64,000 nucleotides of DNA from assembly GCF_006345805.1 (NCBI RefSeq), contig NW_021833065.1:248001-312000 (forward strand). The letters run 5' to 3'. Both the position numbers and the translations under genes were made by a program. Origin of the DNA: Octopus sinensis. Taxonomy: Eukaryota. Shown in pieces: positions 13,421 through 25,001 of the stretch. The notes beneath the pieces are model-generated. The model saw nothing but the letters and a program-made list of their open reading frames with translations. It was not told the DNA's origin and did not search any database. The number at the start of each line of letters is the position of its first letter. Position 1 is the first letter of the stretch.

Positions 13421-16400
13421 AATAAAGTTATAACTATTGAACAAACCTTGACAGTTATAATTCTTAACTGATGAGTTGGCTTCAATTCAAAATGAGGAAG
13501 CATTAATTTCTTACTGCAAAATCTAGAATTTAAATCTGATAATTATATCAAACTACCCCATGTATTTTTTCTATTAGTACCTTATTAACTGGAGTATTCA
13601 GACAAAAGTCTCTGCCACCACATCATTAACTAAAGGGTATTTGATCATGAGAATAAAACTTCTCTGTTACAAATGAGTAATTTTGACATTGAGAGGATAA
13701 ATCCATTAACATAGTTTTAATGTATGATTTTGGGTGAATAAAATACATAAATTGAAGAATATAACAGGTCAACTAAGGAAAAATATTTTTAGGATTGAAA
13801 AATTAGGTTATAGGGCAAGTAGATAATGTGGATGGTAAGAATTAATGCAATAGTTGAATAAACTGGAACTTGTACTTGTGTGGAACCACAAAGTCCTTAT
13901 TTCTGTTTTCTGTGCTTAGAAGAAAAGTCATTAAGAACAAACTTCATATTCATTGATCTAAATATGTTTTAAGACTATTATTGAGTTGCTTTTTAGTCTG
14001 TGGCTCATTGTAGACCATCATGCATTATTGTAAATGGTGTGTTGTAAACAGCTGTTTTTTTGGGGGGTGGGGTTCTGTATACAGATCAAGTTTCTGGTGA
14101 TAGTTACAGCAAAAATGGTTTAGTGAAGCCAGCGAATGTCTAACAACTTACATTACTCAGCATTTAGTAAATTCACTTGATACAGCTCAGCAATTTAGAG
14201 CTAATAAATCCATTGATATTGAAATTGTTTTTCTGTACATGGATTTTGTACTTATATGAGTCAGATAAGATGGTTAAGAAAATGATTTTTGAATATGAGT
14301 GCTACTGGTATTTGCAGGTTTTACTTGTGTTGTATGAGCTCCAGTTCATACAACAGTTCAACTGGAGCAAACTATAATCATAGACTAAAGAGATCTTACA
14401 TGTTTTAAGTGGTCTTTTAGTTTTATTATTTTCCTTTTCCTGTGTACACTGCCTGTGTGTTACTTGTTAAATTACATAGGCACTGTGTAGGCTGATTTAT
14501 AATTTGTAGAAAAGTGGTTGAAACCTCAGGAAGTCTAGGTATTGTTTGTAAATTAGTGTCAAAAACATTTTTAATTAACTTTTCTTTACTGAATATGACA
14601 CTTGTTTACATTATTTTAAATTTTTCTTTCATATTGTCGTTTAAGTGTAGTTAATAGGGTGTATGTCGTGTGAATATGAAGGATGTTAGTTTTGAATGAG
14701 ATGTGATTTAGAAAATAATGTTCATGTGTTACACTGAGAATTCTTCATTGTTGTAATAAGTATTGTTTTGGGTCAGATTGGCTCAAGGACCTCAGGAAAA
14801 TGGTTAAGCCTTTTGGAACAATTTATTAATATATCCAAGATGATGTCTATGATAGTTGATTTTTGCTTTTTTTTTTTTTTTTTTTTTGTCTCCTATGAAA
14901 TCTAACATTACTGTGTCTTGATGAACTAAGGTGATAAATTGTAAAAGTAGTTTCATTTGAAATAGAATAAGCTCTTATGAATTGAAAATTATAGATTGTT
15001 TTGATAAGTTATTTGAGGTTATAGATAAATTTCATGATGAGATACACCTGTTTATTTAAAGGAAATAAGTGGGAAAAAAACATATGTAACTACTGATTTT
15101 ATTAGTGACAAAATTAAACAGAAGTACAGCTTTCTGTGTTAATCAGAACAGATAGCCTGCAGTGATAAAAGAAGAGTAAGTTAAATATCACCAGCTGGAT
15201 AATCTCATCATCTAGGTCATCTCATAGGACACCCCTTTTTTAGGGGTTTCGGTTGCACATACTATAGGAGTCACAGAGTACTGCTCCATGTGGTCCTGCA
15301 GTTTCCATCTAACTAGGAATATTAAGGTCTCATCCATTGGCTTGCATTGAAGATCCTCTGCATGATATCCTTCTAGTTCAAAGCCAGGAATTTCATGTTA
15401 AGTCCTGCCAATAACTAAATCCATGCCCTGCTGCTAACACTTTGAAAGTTGGATAAGCAGTGTTAATTTGAGGGTCATAGCGAGTGTAAGTTAAGAAAGC
15501 AGGTGGATGGATATCAGATAAATATATTGGTTTTCACTTGAAAAACAGCTATCGATATTGATATGTGCATATATGGCTGTGTTGTTAAAATGTTTGTGTC
15601 GTAGTTCTGAGCCTACCACACAGTAACTTCAGCAACAGTTTTCTATTATGGCCTTGGATTAACCAATACTTTGTGAATGAAATTTGGAAGAAAGAAACAG
15701 CAAATCATACATAAGCATGTGTTTGTGTCTTCACAACTCAGCTCACAAGGAAACTATATTGCATATTATATAGTTAGTAAATTGTGAAGCACTGGAGCAG
15801 CAAAATTCTCTGATAACCTCAAAATTGGTATTACAAGCAAAAGACCTACAACATATAATGGTAGTTCCACAAAAAGATTTAATGACTGTTAATAGAATAT
15901 CAGTGAAATAATGAAATGGTAATAGTGAGAGTTGCAATACATATGGTAAAACTTTGGAACATGCTGTTAAAGGAAATGTTCAAGATGAATGGAATTATCC
16001 TGTTCTGCTGAATAAAATCATGTTATGAAACAATGATAATAAGATGATTAAACAACTAACTTTTGGCATGTATTATGTATGTATGGTTGACTTATGAAAC
16101 AAATGCATCAGGTACGTTTTGAGAAATCTTGTGGATATTCTATGGATCAGGGGTCTGAGAATGAGAAACATTGATTATAGTAAAAAGTTGGTACATAGCT
16201 CTTATACAGAAATACATTTATGTAACGGAAAAAAAAGCCGAAATAAATTATTTGTGCTCTCAATTATGGAACATTTTAAAATTAATAAGTTGGTTCTTAA
16301 CTAATTCTTCAGTGGGATATTTATTGTCATAAAAGGCTGCCAGTGCATTCCATATAGGAGAGCAGCAGTCCATAACATGTTGTTCTGTATTCTCAAAACT

Positions 16401-17399
16401 AATATATTTATTTTTTGACTGTCTTAGTTTGTGCAATACCAAGAATTCTTAAAGAATTGTTCACAAGAATTTGAATGTGTGGTAATATTTTTCTATAATA
16501 TAAGTTGCATCCTAATGGAACTTGAAATTAACTTAAGTCAAGTGAAGGCTCATAATATTAACAGATGAATGGCCTTTTATGAAAGAGAATGTCAAAACTA
16601 TAAATTTATATGTATTATTTCTATCTAAGTGGAGTAATTAATGTGAGAACTTGTCAAACCAACTAATCAGTTTGAAGTGTATTAAGTGCTCCTTATGCCA
16701 AGCCATATCAAAGGTTTATTGGTGCATATTGCAGTTTATTGGAATCTGTATCAGCATAGTTGGAAACCCAAGCAAAGCTGGTTAAGCATATGAAACATTC
16801 TATTGTGTACCCTGGGCTTATGAAAATTGAGATGAATATGTGATGCCTCCAGTTTTTGTCTTTCATGTTTGTTACTCTTGTCATACATCAAACTCAACAT
16901 TATTAAAATGTTCTGGTAAGCTAAGATTACATTTTGTAACTGTATACTTAGAATTGGTGTGTAGCATTTTCATTTAGAAATAAATGAAACATAAGGACTA
17001 AAAATTACAGACTGTGTTGATGGTTCAATGACTACCACCTATTTTCTTCAACTTCAGAGGGATGGAAACCTTTAAGGTAAAGAAGATACATGAGTAAATA
17101 TCATGAAGCACTTAGTCTAGTACTTTTACCTGTTTCTGTAACCCAGCAGCTAGTCTTGTACTTTACAGTTTCTGCAACTCAATGGCCATCAATAGTAAGA
17201 ACAATAAAAGTTATCTGCAAAAGCCTTTCCCTTTTCTGAAAATATCTTCCATTTGGAGATAAATTTCTGGAAAAAAAGAATGTGAAATATTTTATGAGTT
17301 TATTTGGTGGAAAGTTGGCTTCAGATAGGTTGCCTTATGTTCCTAGTTCTGGCTTTTAGTGCTCTGAGTTCAAATCCTTCCAAAGTCAAGCTTACTTTT

Positions 17400-18200
17400 C
17401 ATTTTTGTAATGTCACACTTTAGCCATCACTAACTAAGTGAAACCCTTTGATGTGAATTGTGGTAATAGCTCTCTCCCTAATCTCTTCCTACACTGGCCT
17501 TAATCAGCTACCATGCTTTTGCATCATCCACCTTCACTGCTGGCTGATTACATCACCTAGGTAACAAAACAGATCTACTTCCAACAAGGCTACTGGGCAC
17601 TTAAGTCTTCACTGCTATCTACTAGTATGGATCTTTTACATATGAAATCTTCTCTATCAGCCTACCTAAGATCCCACTGAATCTTGTACTGTACCCATTT
17701 GGGTTCACAGTATAGAGTACCTCTCTGCTCCCTTTCTGTGTATTGGACATAACCACTTCCTTGTTGATAGTAATGCTTTGTTTGCTTAATTAACAGTTGA
17801 TTCTAAATTCTACTCTTCTGTTAGTAATTTTTTTCTAACATTTCAACAAATTCGGCTCTAAGCACTGGATTGTCTGCATACATGAATTCTTGCTAGCAGC
17901 TGTCTTGGACTCCTCTGTGATGGCTTTGAGGACAATAGCAAACTGGAAATGGTTGCAAATCAAACTCTGATGGGTACCTATTTGCACACTAAACTTTTAC
18001 TGGGCTCATTCTTAACTCTTACTTTCCTGAAATTACTTTGGTACATGACTTGCACAATTCTCACAAACCATTTTTCTTCTCCCAATGTTCTTATTGACTA
18101 CCAGATATCTGGTGTGATATCTTTCTCCCAAGTCATTGAATACTAAGTATAGGATTTGTTCTCCAAGACTTGCCACTTTCATGATTTGGTCATCTGTTGA
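17400..18200 (-). mobile_element. Old RTE LINE RT fragment
   Basis: Minus-strand translation near 17870-17990 gives GTHQSLICNHFQFAIVLKAITEESKT, a decayed version of GVHQGSVLSPLLFIIVLQAITEEFKT. catcacctaggtaac resembles the YLGD region. Boundaries approximate. Confidence 0.6.
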
Positions 18201-19089
18201 ATACTTCTGTAATTACTTCTCTAGAAAACATTAATTCAACCAAATGTGTAAACTGAGTAACTATATGATGTTATTTATAGTAACAGCATGAGGATATATA
18301 TTCTCTGCTTGTCAATAAATTAATATGACTATGACAGGCCTGTTCAGCAAGAAGATTAATAGTACATATAAAATGTCTTTAAGTTCCAATGCCAAGAATA
18401 TATGAAAAACATTGAAAATTTATTGAATACAGAAAGGAAGAAAGCATTCTACAAAGTTAGTCAATGAAGAGTGTATGTGTACATGCAAGTAATTCTGCAG
18501 TGGTATTTCCATTTTAAAGTATGCAGAATTTATATTCTTATTACCATATGCTTCAAATGAAAGCTAAACTAGGAAGTAAATAGTTTGTTGCTGCAAGTTC
18601 TAACTGCAAACTGTGGCTGCAAAAAGCCATCTGTCACTGTAGTTGATTTAATACATAACTACAGTTAAAGCAATTTTGTCTTTGAGCTGGTTGTTATAAT
18701 AGCTCACTACATGGTTCTGACTGGAATTTCTGCATAATTCTGTGGGGAAAAGTCACCACATAGTTTTATGTGGAGTTACCATTTGAGTTGGTCAAGAATC
18801 TAGGTTGTTGATAAAAGCAAGCCAGTCACTCTAGTTGGTATTGCATAACTGATTTATTGTCTGTATCACTACTACTACTGGCATTCTCTCTAGTGACTAG
18901 GCATGCTTGTTAATATAACCTGGTACTAAGCACTGACTGTTAGAAATGGTTGGCATAGAATCACTGCTAACAGCAAAAAGGTATATCTACAGATTTATTT
19001 GACAGCTGTGAATTAAACTTGTAGGTGTAAGTTCACATCATTGGCACACCACAAATATAGTCTTCCTTTTGTCATGACAGATTTGCTAC

Positions 19090-19560
19090 ATTTCCTTGTC
19101 AACCATCTTTTCTCTTGTAGTTTACAAAACTGCTTCCAGTCATTAGAGATAATTCCATGCACTACATGATTTGACTAGATATTTTTAATATCTCAGTTAT
19201 TATCTCTGGTGAGCCAGCTGCCTTCCCAACCTTGATATCATTAATTCCTACTACATTGTAATTAACTTCAGTAGCAACTTTCTCTGTTCAATTCAACCAA
19301 GGTAACCCCGCTTATTCCTGCTCAATCTCCTCGTTCAGTAACTATTTATCTCATTTCCCTGCCTCTTTCATCTTGCTGATATTAAGGGCAAATATGATGC
19401 ATCATTCTATACACACATTTCACCAATGATGGCCTGATTTACTCCAATACATTATCTCACAATCTGGAAAACCTCACGCCTCTAGTGCTCACACTATAGA
19501 CAGACAATTAGCTTCTCTCATAAATACTTAGTAATGTTCTTTGCTCCCCAGTTTCCTCTA
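19090..19560 (-). mobile_element. Old RTE LINE fragment (pre-RT/RT start)
   Basis: ttccagtcattagagataattcc...gatatttttaatatctcagttatt...gccagctgccttccc aligns by eye to 26490-26630 of the young LINE. Confidence 0.55.
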
Positions 19561-21169
19561 TTTTTTTCAGGTTTGTCCTTTTGCTTTTATGGTTCTATCT
19601 ACTATTTTATCATCATGTCATCCTCCACATGTGTTGTGCTGAACCTTGCTCCATCCTCCTTGATGTAGTTCAATGGAAGACTGTATAGTAACAAACATAA
19701 CTATGCCTGTTACATTCTGAGTTGAAATTTTATTCAAGTCAACTCTACCATCATACCTCAAGAGTCAATAAATATCAACTATACACTGAGACATTGGGCT
19801 AATTTCAATTAATTAACCCTCAAAATGATTACCTTGTGCCTATATAAGAAGCTAATTGTAACAGCCCATAAAGTATTCTTTATACTTCACAATTTTTTTT
19901 TTTTCGTGTGTAAGGTCTATGTATAAATTCATGTTGGCTGGTTTATTGTACTTCTTTAATAAAACTCATGCTTGCTATACTAAACCGTTAACTTTACAAC
20001 TTGAATCATAGTACATAAATGCACAAGCCATAGATGATGAGCATGAATAACTGTTCTGCAGTCTGATAACAGGGTTTATTTGTATATTTTGCTTCATTAT
20101 CAGTGTTCTTAAATATTGAAGTAAAATGATCATTTTGTTAAGTGGAATAAATTCTTCATTATTATTTGTCTTAAATTCTTTGTGTATTTTGTTAAATTCT
20201 TCATGCATGAAATGTAGCAGTGAAGTTATGGTGTACTGACAACATGGTCATCAATTAATATTTTATTACTGTCATTTTGTTATAGTTCACCCGTAAGCTG
20301 GTGTCTATGATTACTGAACAAAAACATATAGTTAACCATAGGAAGAGCATTTAACTGTTAAAATGGCTCCAATAACTAAATCACTTTACTCAAAAGTATG
20401 GAAAAATGAATTTAATACAAAATCTTACAAATTAGTTTACGGTTGAGTAATATTACTTAGTGGTATTTAAAAAATGGACTCATACAGTTTTATCAATTTA
20501 TCACTTTTTATTGATTTATTGAAAAAGTTTCTACTAAGGGTTAAGATTTTAATATGTTAATCTTTAATCACCCAAGACTAAATAGACATGGGAACTTTTG
20601 AAAGCAAATGATCTCTTGTTCAGTTATTAAGATTCTCTATTATAAGTTTATACAAGAACCAGTTTTTAAATTACTCTTTAGTCAGATCAAGTTTTGTTGT
20701 TTTGACTTCAAATTATTTGAATGAATGAAAAATACTGAATTGGGCATCATGACCTTTTAGTTTGCTGTAAAAGTAATTAATTGCTAAAAATATATTTATG
20801 GACTGAAAATGGGTCATTTCAATGTATTCAGTTCCAGTCTTCATATAGAGACTGGAATATATAAACAGAATCCAAGTAATTCTCACCAATGAAATCTAAC
20901 GTCATGGAATACTAATTCATCAAATAATAGATTTCTTCCCCCTTTTTTTTCAGGTGGGGAAGGGCTCTCTTAGATATATTTTTGTGCCAAGAATTATAGT
21001 AGCTTGATATAATGTTACATTCTTTTAGTTTTGAAACCACGCATCAATATGCTAACAATTAGGTGCTTCATTAAAAATGTTCTATGAATATGAAATGTTC
21101 CAGTAATGCTAATCTTCAAAGTTATTTGCATTTTGCTCTCAAGTTCACTATTCATCCACCTCCTCCTCA

Positions 21170-22400
21170 TCATCATCATCATTGGGGTTTTTTTTTGTTT
21201 TGTTTTTTCATGCTTGCATGAACAAGCTAGATAGGCTTTCTCCAGAACAGGATCTTTCCACTTGTCTCAGTCATGCATCTTCTCCTTTATGAAGTTTAGC
21301 ATCTTCATCAGTTTCCACCACTTCTGCCCATGTCTTTTTCAGCTTTCCATTTGGATCATTTGGCATTTCTCTACTTAACTATCATCTTCTATGTGTAGCA
21401 CATTTCAATTCTGGCTCCATTGTTCCATCTTGCATACTGTATCTGATTCCTCTTGTACTCAGTTTTTCTTTCAATTCATTTGTTCTCCATCATTCATACA
21501 CAGTTCTACCCATCTAGTGGAGTATGTTAACATTATTCTTTCATGCATCTTTCACATTTAATGCCTGTGTTTCACTACTATGCATTGTTGCACTTCATAT
21601 CACTTTTTCATGATATAACCTTTTGTTACCAGCTGAGGCAACAGTTCCTTAAATTTTTTCCATCTGTTCTTATTCTGGTTGCTAAATGTTTGAAGCATCC
21701 ACCGCTACTCTTAATTAGATCACCATGTAAGGGAAGCTGTCAACTACTTTAGGTACCACTGATGCTCTTATTACTAACTACTCTGGTACATTTGATGCAT
21801 ATGCATTTTGTGTGTGTGTGTGTGTGTGTGTGGTGGGGCTGCGATTACTGTCAATCTACCTATGATTCCCTTACATTCTTGTGTACACATAATTTACATT
21901 AGGCGTAGTGTTTGAAATTCCTTTCACCATGTTTTCTGTATTCTCAGCACAGCTATTTCTTAGATGGTTGTAGAATCTTGCCTTGTTTCCTGCTAAAGAT
22001 TTTGTCGCTGCCAGATTTACTTTGAGACCTCTCACTTCTAGACTTTTCTCCCACATTTTGAATTTCTTCTCAAGATACAGTTCTGAATATTAGATCATTG
22101 GCATGCAAGAGTTCCCACTGACATATTATTGTGAACTCCTCTGATATTGCTTGGCAAATCTTAACAAACAGGAGAGGTCTAAGAGCTAAGTCCTGATGAG
22201 CATCCGTCTACAATAGTAAATTCCTCTCACCTTGCAGGGGACATTTTTATATATGGTTTCAACAACTCCCTAGGCATTCATCTGCCGATAGTTTTCATAG
22301 CAACTATGAGACTTCAGACCATAGAACCCTATTAAAGACCCCTTCAGATTGACAAATGTTGAGCTTTCTTACTCTTACTTTTCATGCTGAAACAGAGCTT
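21170..22400 (-). mobile_element. Old RTE LINE RT/C-terminal fragment
   Basis: ORF 21871-22056 reads WEKSLEVRGLKVNLAATK (cf. WKEGLESRGLRVNLAKTK), with upstream remnants QAISEEF...WELLHANDL. Ends in (CAT)n near 21170. Confidence 0.7.
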
Positions 22401-22469
22401 CAGTAGTAAATATTGTTTGATCAATTATTTTTATGATTATTATTAAATATAATAGATAATTTTATATAT

Positions 22470-22539
22470 AAAGAGAAAATAAATTTCAGAAGTCAGTGTT
22501 CTTAATCACACAATATATTTCACAGCATACATAGGTGCA

Positions 22540-22541
<2 letters not shown>
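22470..22541 (+). repeat. Left arm of an inverted repeat enclosing an RTE fragment
   Basis: aagagaaaataaatttcagaagtcagtgttcttaatcacacaatatatttcacagcatacataggtgcact is the reverse complement of 24268-24356, apart from an 18-nt insertion and a few mismatches. Confidence 0.85.

Positions 22542-22577
<36 letters not shown>
22542..22577. repeat. (TA)n microsatellite
   Basis: Visible dinucleotide run. Confidence 0.95.
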
Positions 22578-22579
<2 letters not shown>

Positions 22580-22746
22580 GATATAGCAATAATACATGTA
22601 AATCATAACTGTACTTACAGGAGATCTTGTGTGATAGTTTATCCGTATTAGAAATCAATGAGAATATTAAAAGATGCACACAGCGAATGTAATCCAATTA
22701 TTTTACTTAAAATTTTGGATATCATAATTCTTTGAAGACATAAATA

Positions 22747-24218
22747 CACAACTGATGCTTCTTAGGCCCAACATTTCTCTCAAGGTACTAACACTCTGTC
22801 GAGTATGCACACTAACATTACACATCCATCGGAGCATACTGGCTTCATTCCTCGCGAGCTTACGCATGTCCTCAGCAGTCACGGCCCATGTTTCACTGCC
22901 ATGTAGCATGGCTGTTCGTACACATGCATCATACAGTCTGCCTTTTACTCTGAGCGAGAGGCCAGCAGAAGTAAGAGCTCCCTGAACTTTGCCCAGGCTA
23001 TTCTTACTCTAGCAGTTACACTTTCAGCGCACCCACCCCCACTACTGACTTGGTCACCTAGATAACGAAAGCTATCAACTACTTCTAGTTTTTCCCCCTG
23101 GAAAGTGACAGAAGTTGTTTTCTGCTGATTTTCAGAGTTTATTGCTCCTGAGCATCTGCCACATACAAAAACTATCTTCCCAGTTAGCCTTCCTTTGACA
23201 TTGCTGCACCCACCTCTTATGTGTCTATAGCTTACACTGGGTACATCTTATAGAGTTTCTACAGATCGAGCAGGGCCATCTTCCTGAAGACATTTGTGGT
23301 TTGTCTTCCTTCCTACTTATTAGTACTTTGGTTTTAGCTAGGTTGATTCTAAGGCCCCTCGATTCTAATCCCTCCTTCCACACCTGGAACTTCTCCTCCA
23401 GTTCTGATAGTGACTCAGCAATTAGAGCGAGGTCGTCAGCATAAAGGAGCTCCCAGGGGCAACCTGTCTTGAATTCCTCCGTAATTGCCTGGAGGACTAT
23501 GATAAATAGGAGGGGGCTGAGGACTGAACCCTGGTGGACCCCAACCTCTACTTTGAATTCTTCTGTGTACATGTTGCCAACCCTAACCTTACTTACCGCA
23601 TCCCTGTACATGGCTTGCACAGCTCTCACCAGCCATTCATCTATCCCTAGTTTCCTCATTGACCACCAGATGAGGGATCGGGGGACCCTGTCAAAGGCTT
23701 TCTCCATGTCAACGAAAGCCAGGTACAGGGGCTTATCTTTGGCTAGGTATTTCTCCTGCAGCTGTCTCACCAGAAATATGGCATCAGTGGTGCTTTTCCC
23801 TGGCATGAAACCAAACTGCATCTCGTCCAAGTTGACTCTCTCCCTAATCAGTTGGGCTATGACCCTCTCTGTAACCTTCATTACCTGATCCAACAGCTTG
23901 ATACCTCTGTAATTATTTGTATCCAGGGCATCACCTTTACCTTTGTAGCAGTTGACTATTATGCTGCTACACCAGTCATTGGGTATGACTCCTTCGTGTA
24001 TCACCTGGTTGACTATACGGGTGACTAGGTTATAGCCGACACTGCCAGATATTTTGAGCATCTCTGCAGTAATTCCTGATGGGCCTGGGGCTTTCTCTGT
24101 CTTCATGCTTCTAATTGCCTTAGCTACCAAGAACTATCAACTCTGATAGCTGGTCCCTCTGTTGGGTCAACATTCAGCAGACTCTCTTTATCCCATTCAT
24201 TTTCTTTATTCAACAACC

Positions 24219-24225
<7 letters not shown>
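22747..24225 (-). pseudogene. Internal RTE LINE fragment (reverse transcriptase pseudogene)
   Basis: ORF 23225-24130 has RT motifs (QFGF, DMEKAFDRVP, GVHQGSVLSPLLF, YADD). It corresponds to 25238-26738 of the neighbouring copy but carries a 15-nt and a 10-nt deletion, a 4-nt insertion and a 1-nt deletion. Both ends are missing. Confidence 0.92.

Positions 24226-24254
<29 letters not shown>
24223..24254. repeat. (TA)n microsatellite at the 5' break of the LINE fragment
   Basis: Visible dinucleotide run. Confidence 0.95.
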
Positions 24255-24262
<8 letters not shown>

Positions 24263-24267
24263 ATGTG

Positions 24268-24356
24268 AGTGCACCTATGTATGCTGTGAAGTATTCCAAT
24301 GCTGTGAAATATATTGAGTGATTAAGAACATGACTTCTGAAATTTATTCTCTCTTT
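24268..24356 (-). repeat. Right arm of the inverted repeat enclosing an RTE fragment
   Basis: agtgcacctatgtatgctgtgaa[gtattccaatgctgtgaa]atatattgagtgattaagaacatgacttctgaaatttattctctc pairs with 22470-22541. Confidence 0.85.
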
Positions 24357-24620
24357 TTTGGTCTTATATTCCTGATACTCAGTTAGAGCGCTAATTAGTT
24401 GTGCTGTATTAGGAGATAATTATCCTAGTTTTTCTTCATTATATATATCATCATCATCATCATCATCGTTTAACGTCCGCTTTCCATGCTAGCATGGGTT
24501 GGACGGTTCAACTGGGGTCTGGCAAGCCCGAAGGCTGCACCAGGCCAGTCAGATCTGGCAGTGTTTCTACAGCTGGATGCCCTTCCTAACGCCAACCACT
24601 CCGAGAGTGTAGTGGGTGAT

Positions 24621-24835
24621 TTTATGTGCCACCGACACAGGTGCCAGACGAGGCTGGCAGACGGCCACGCTCGGATGGTGTTTTTTATGTGCCACCGACA
24701 CAGGTGCCAGACGAGGCTGGCTGACGGCCACGCTCGGATGGTGTTTGTTACGTGCCCTCAGCACGGAGGCCAGTCGTTGCGGTACTGGCTACGGTCACGT
24801 TCGGATGGTTTTCTTATGTGCCACCGGCACTGGTA
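24621..24835. repeat. 63-bp tandem repeat in the LINE 3' UTR (2 near-identical units, 1 diverged unit, 1 partial)
   Basis: Units start at 24621, 24684, 24747 and 24813 with (t/g/c)tta(t/c)gtgcc. Confidence 0.9.
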
Positions 24836-25001
24836 CCACAAGGATACAAATTCCATTGATGTTCATCTATTTTGATTTGGTTCGATTTGATTCGATTCGA
24901 TTCTCACTTGCCTCAGCAGGTCTTCACAAGTGTCACAAGAAGGAAGGTATGCACAGGTGGACTGACTACGTCCCAGGTAGGGGCCACGGATTATGGCTTC
25001 A

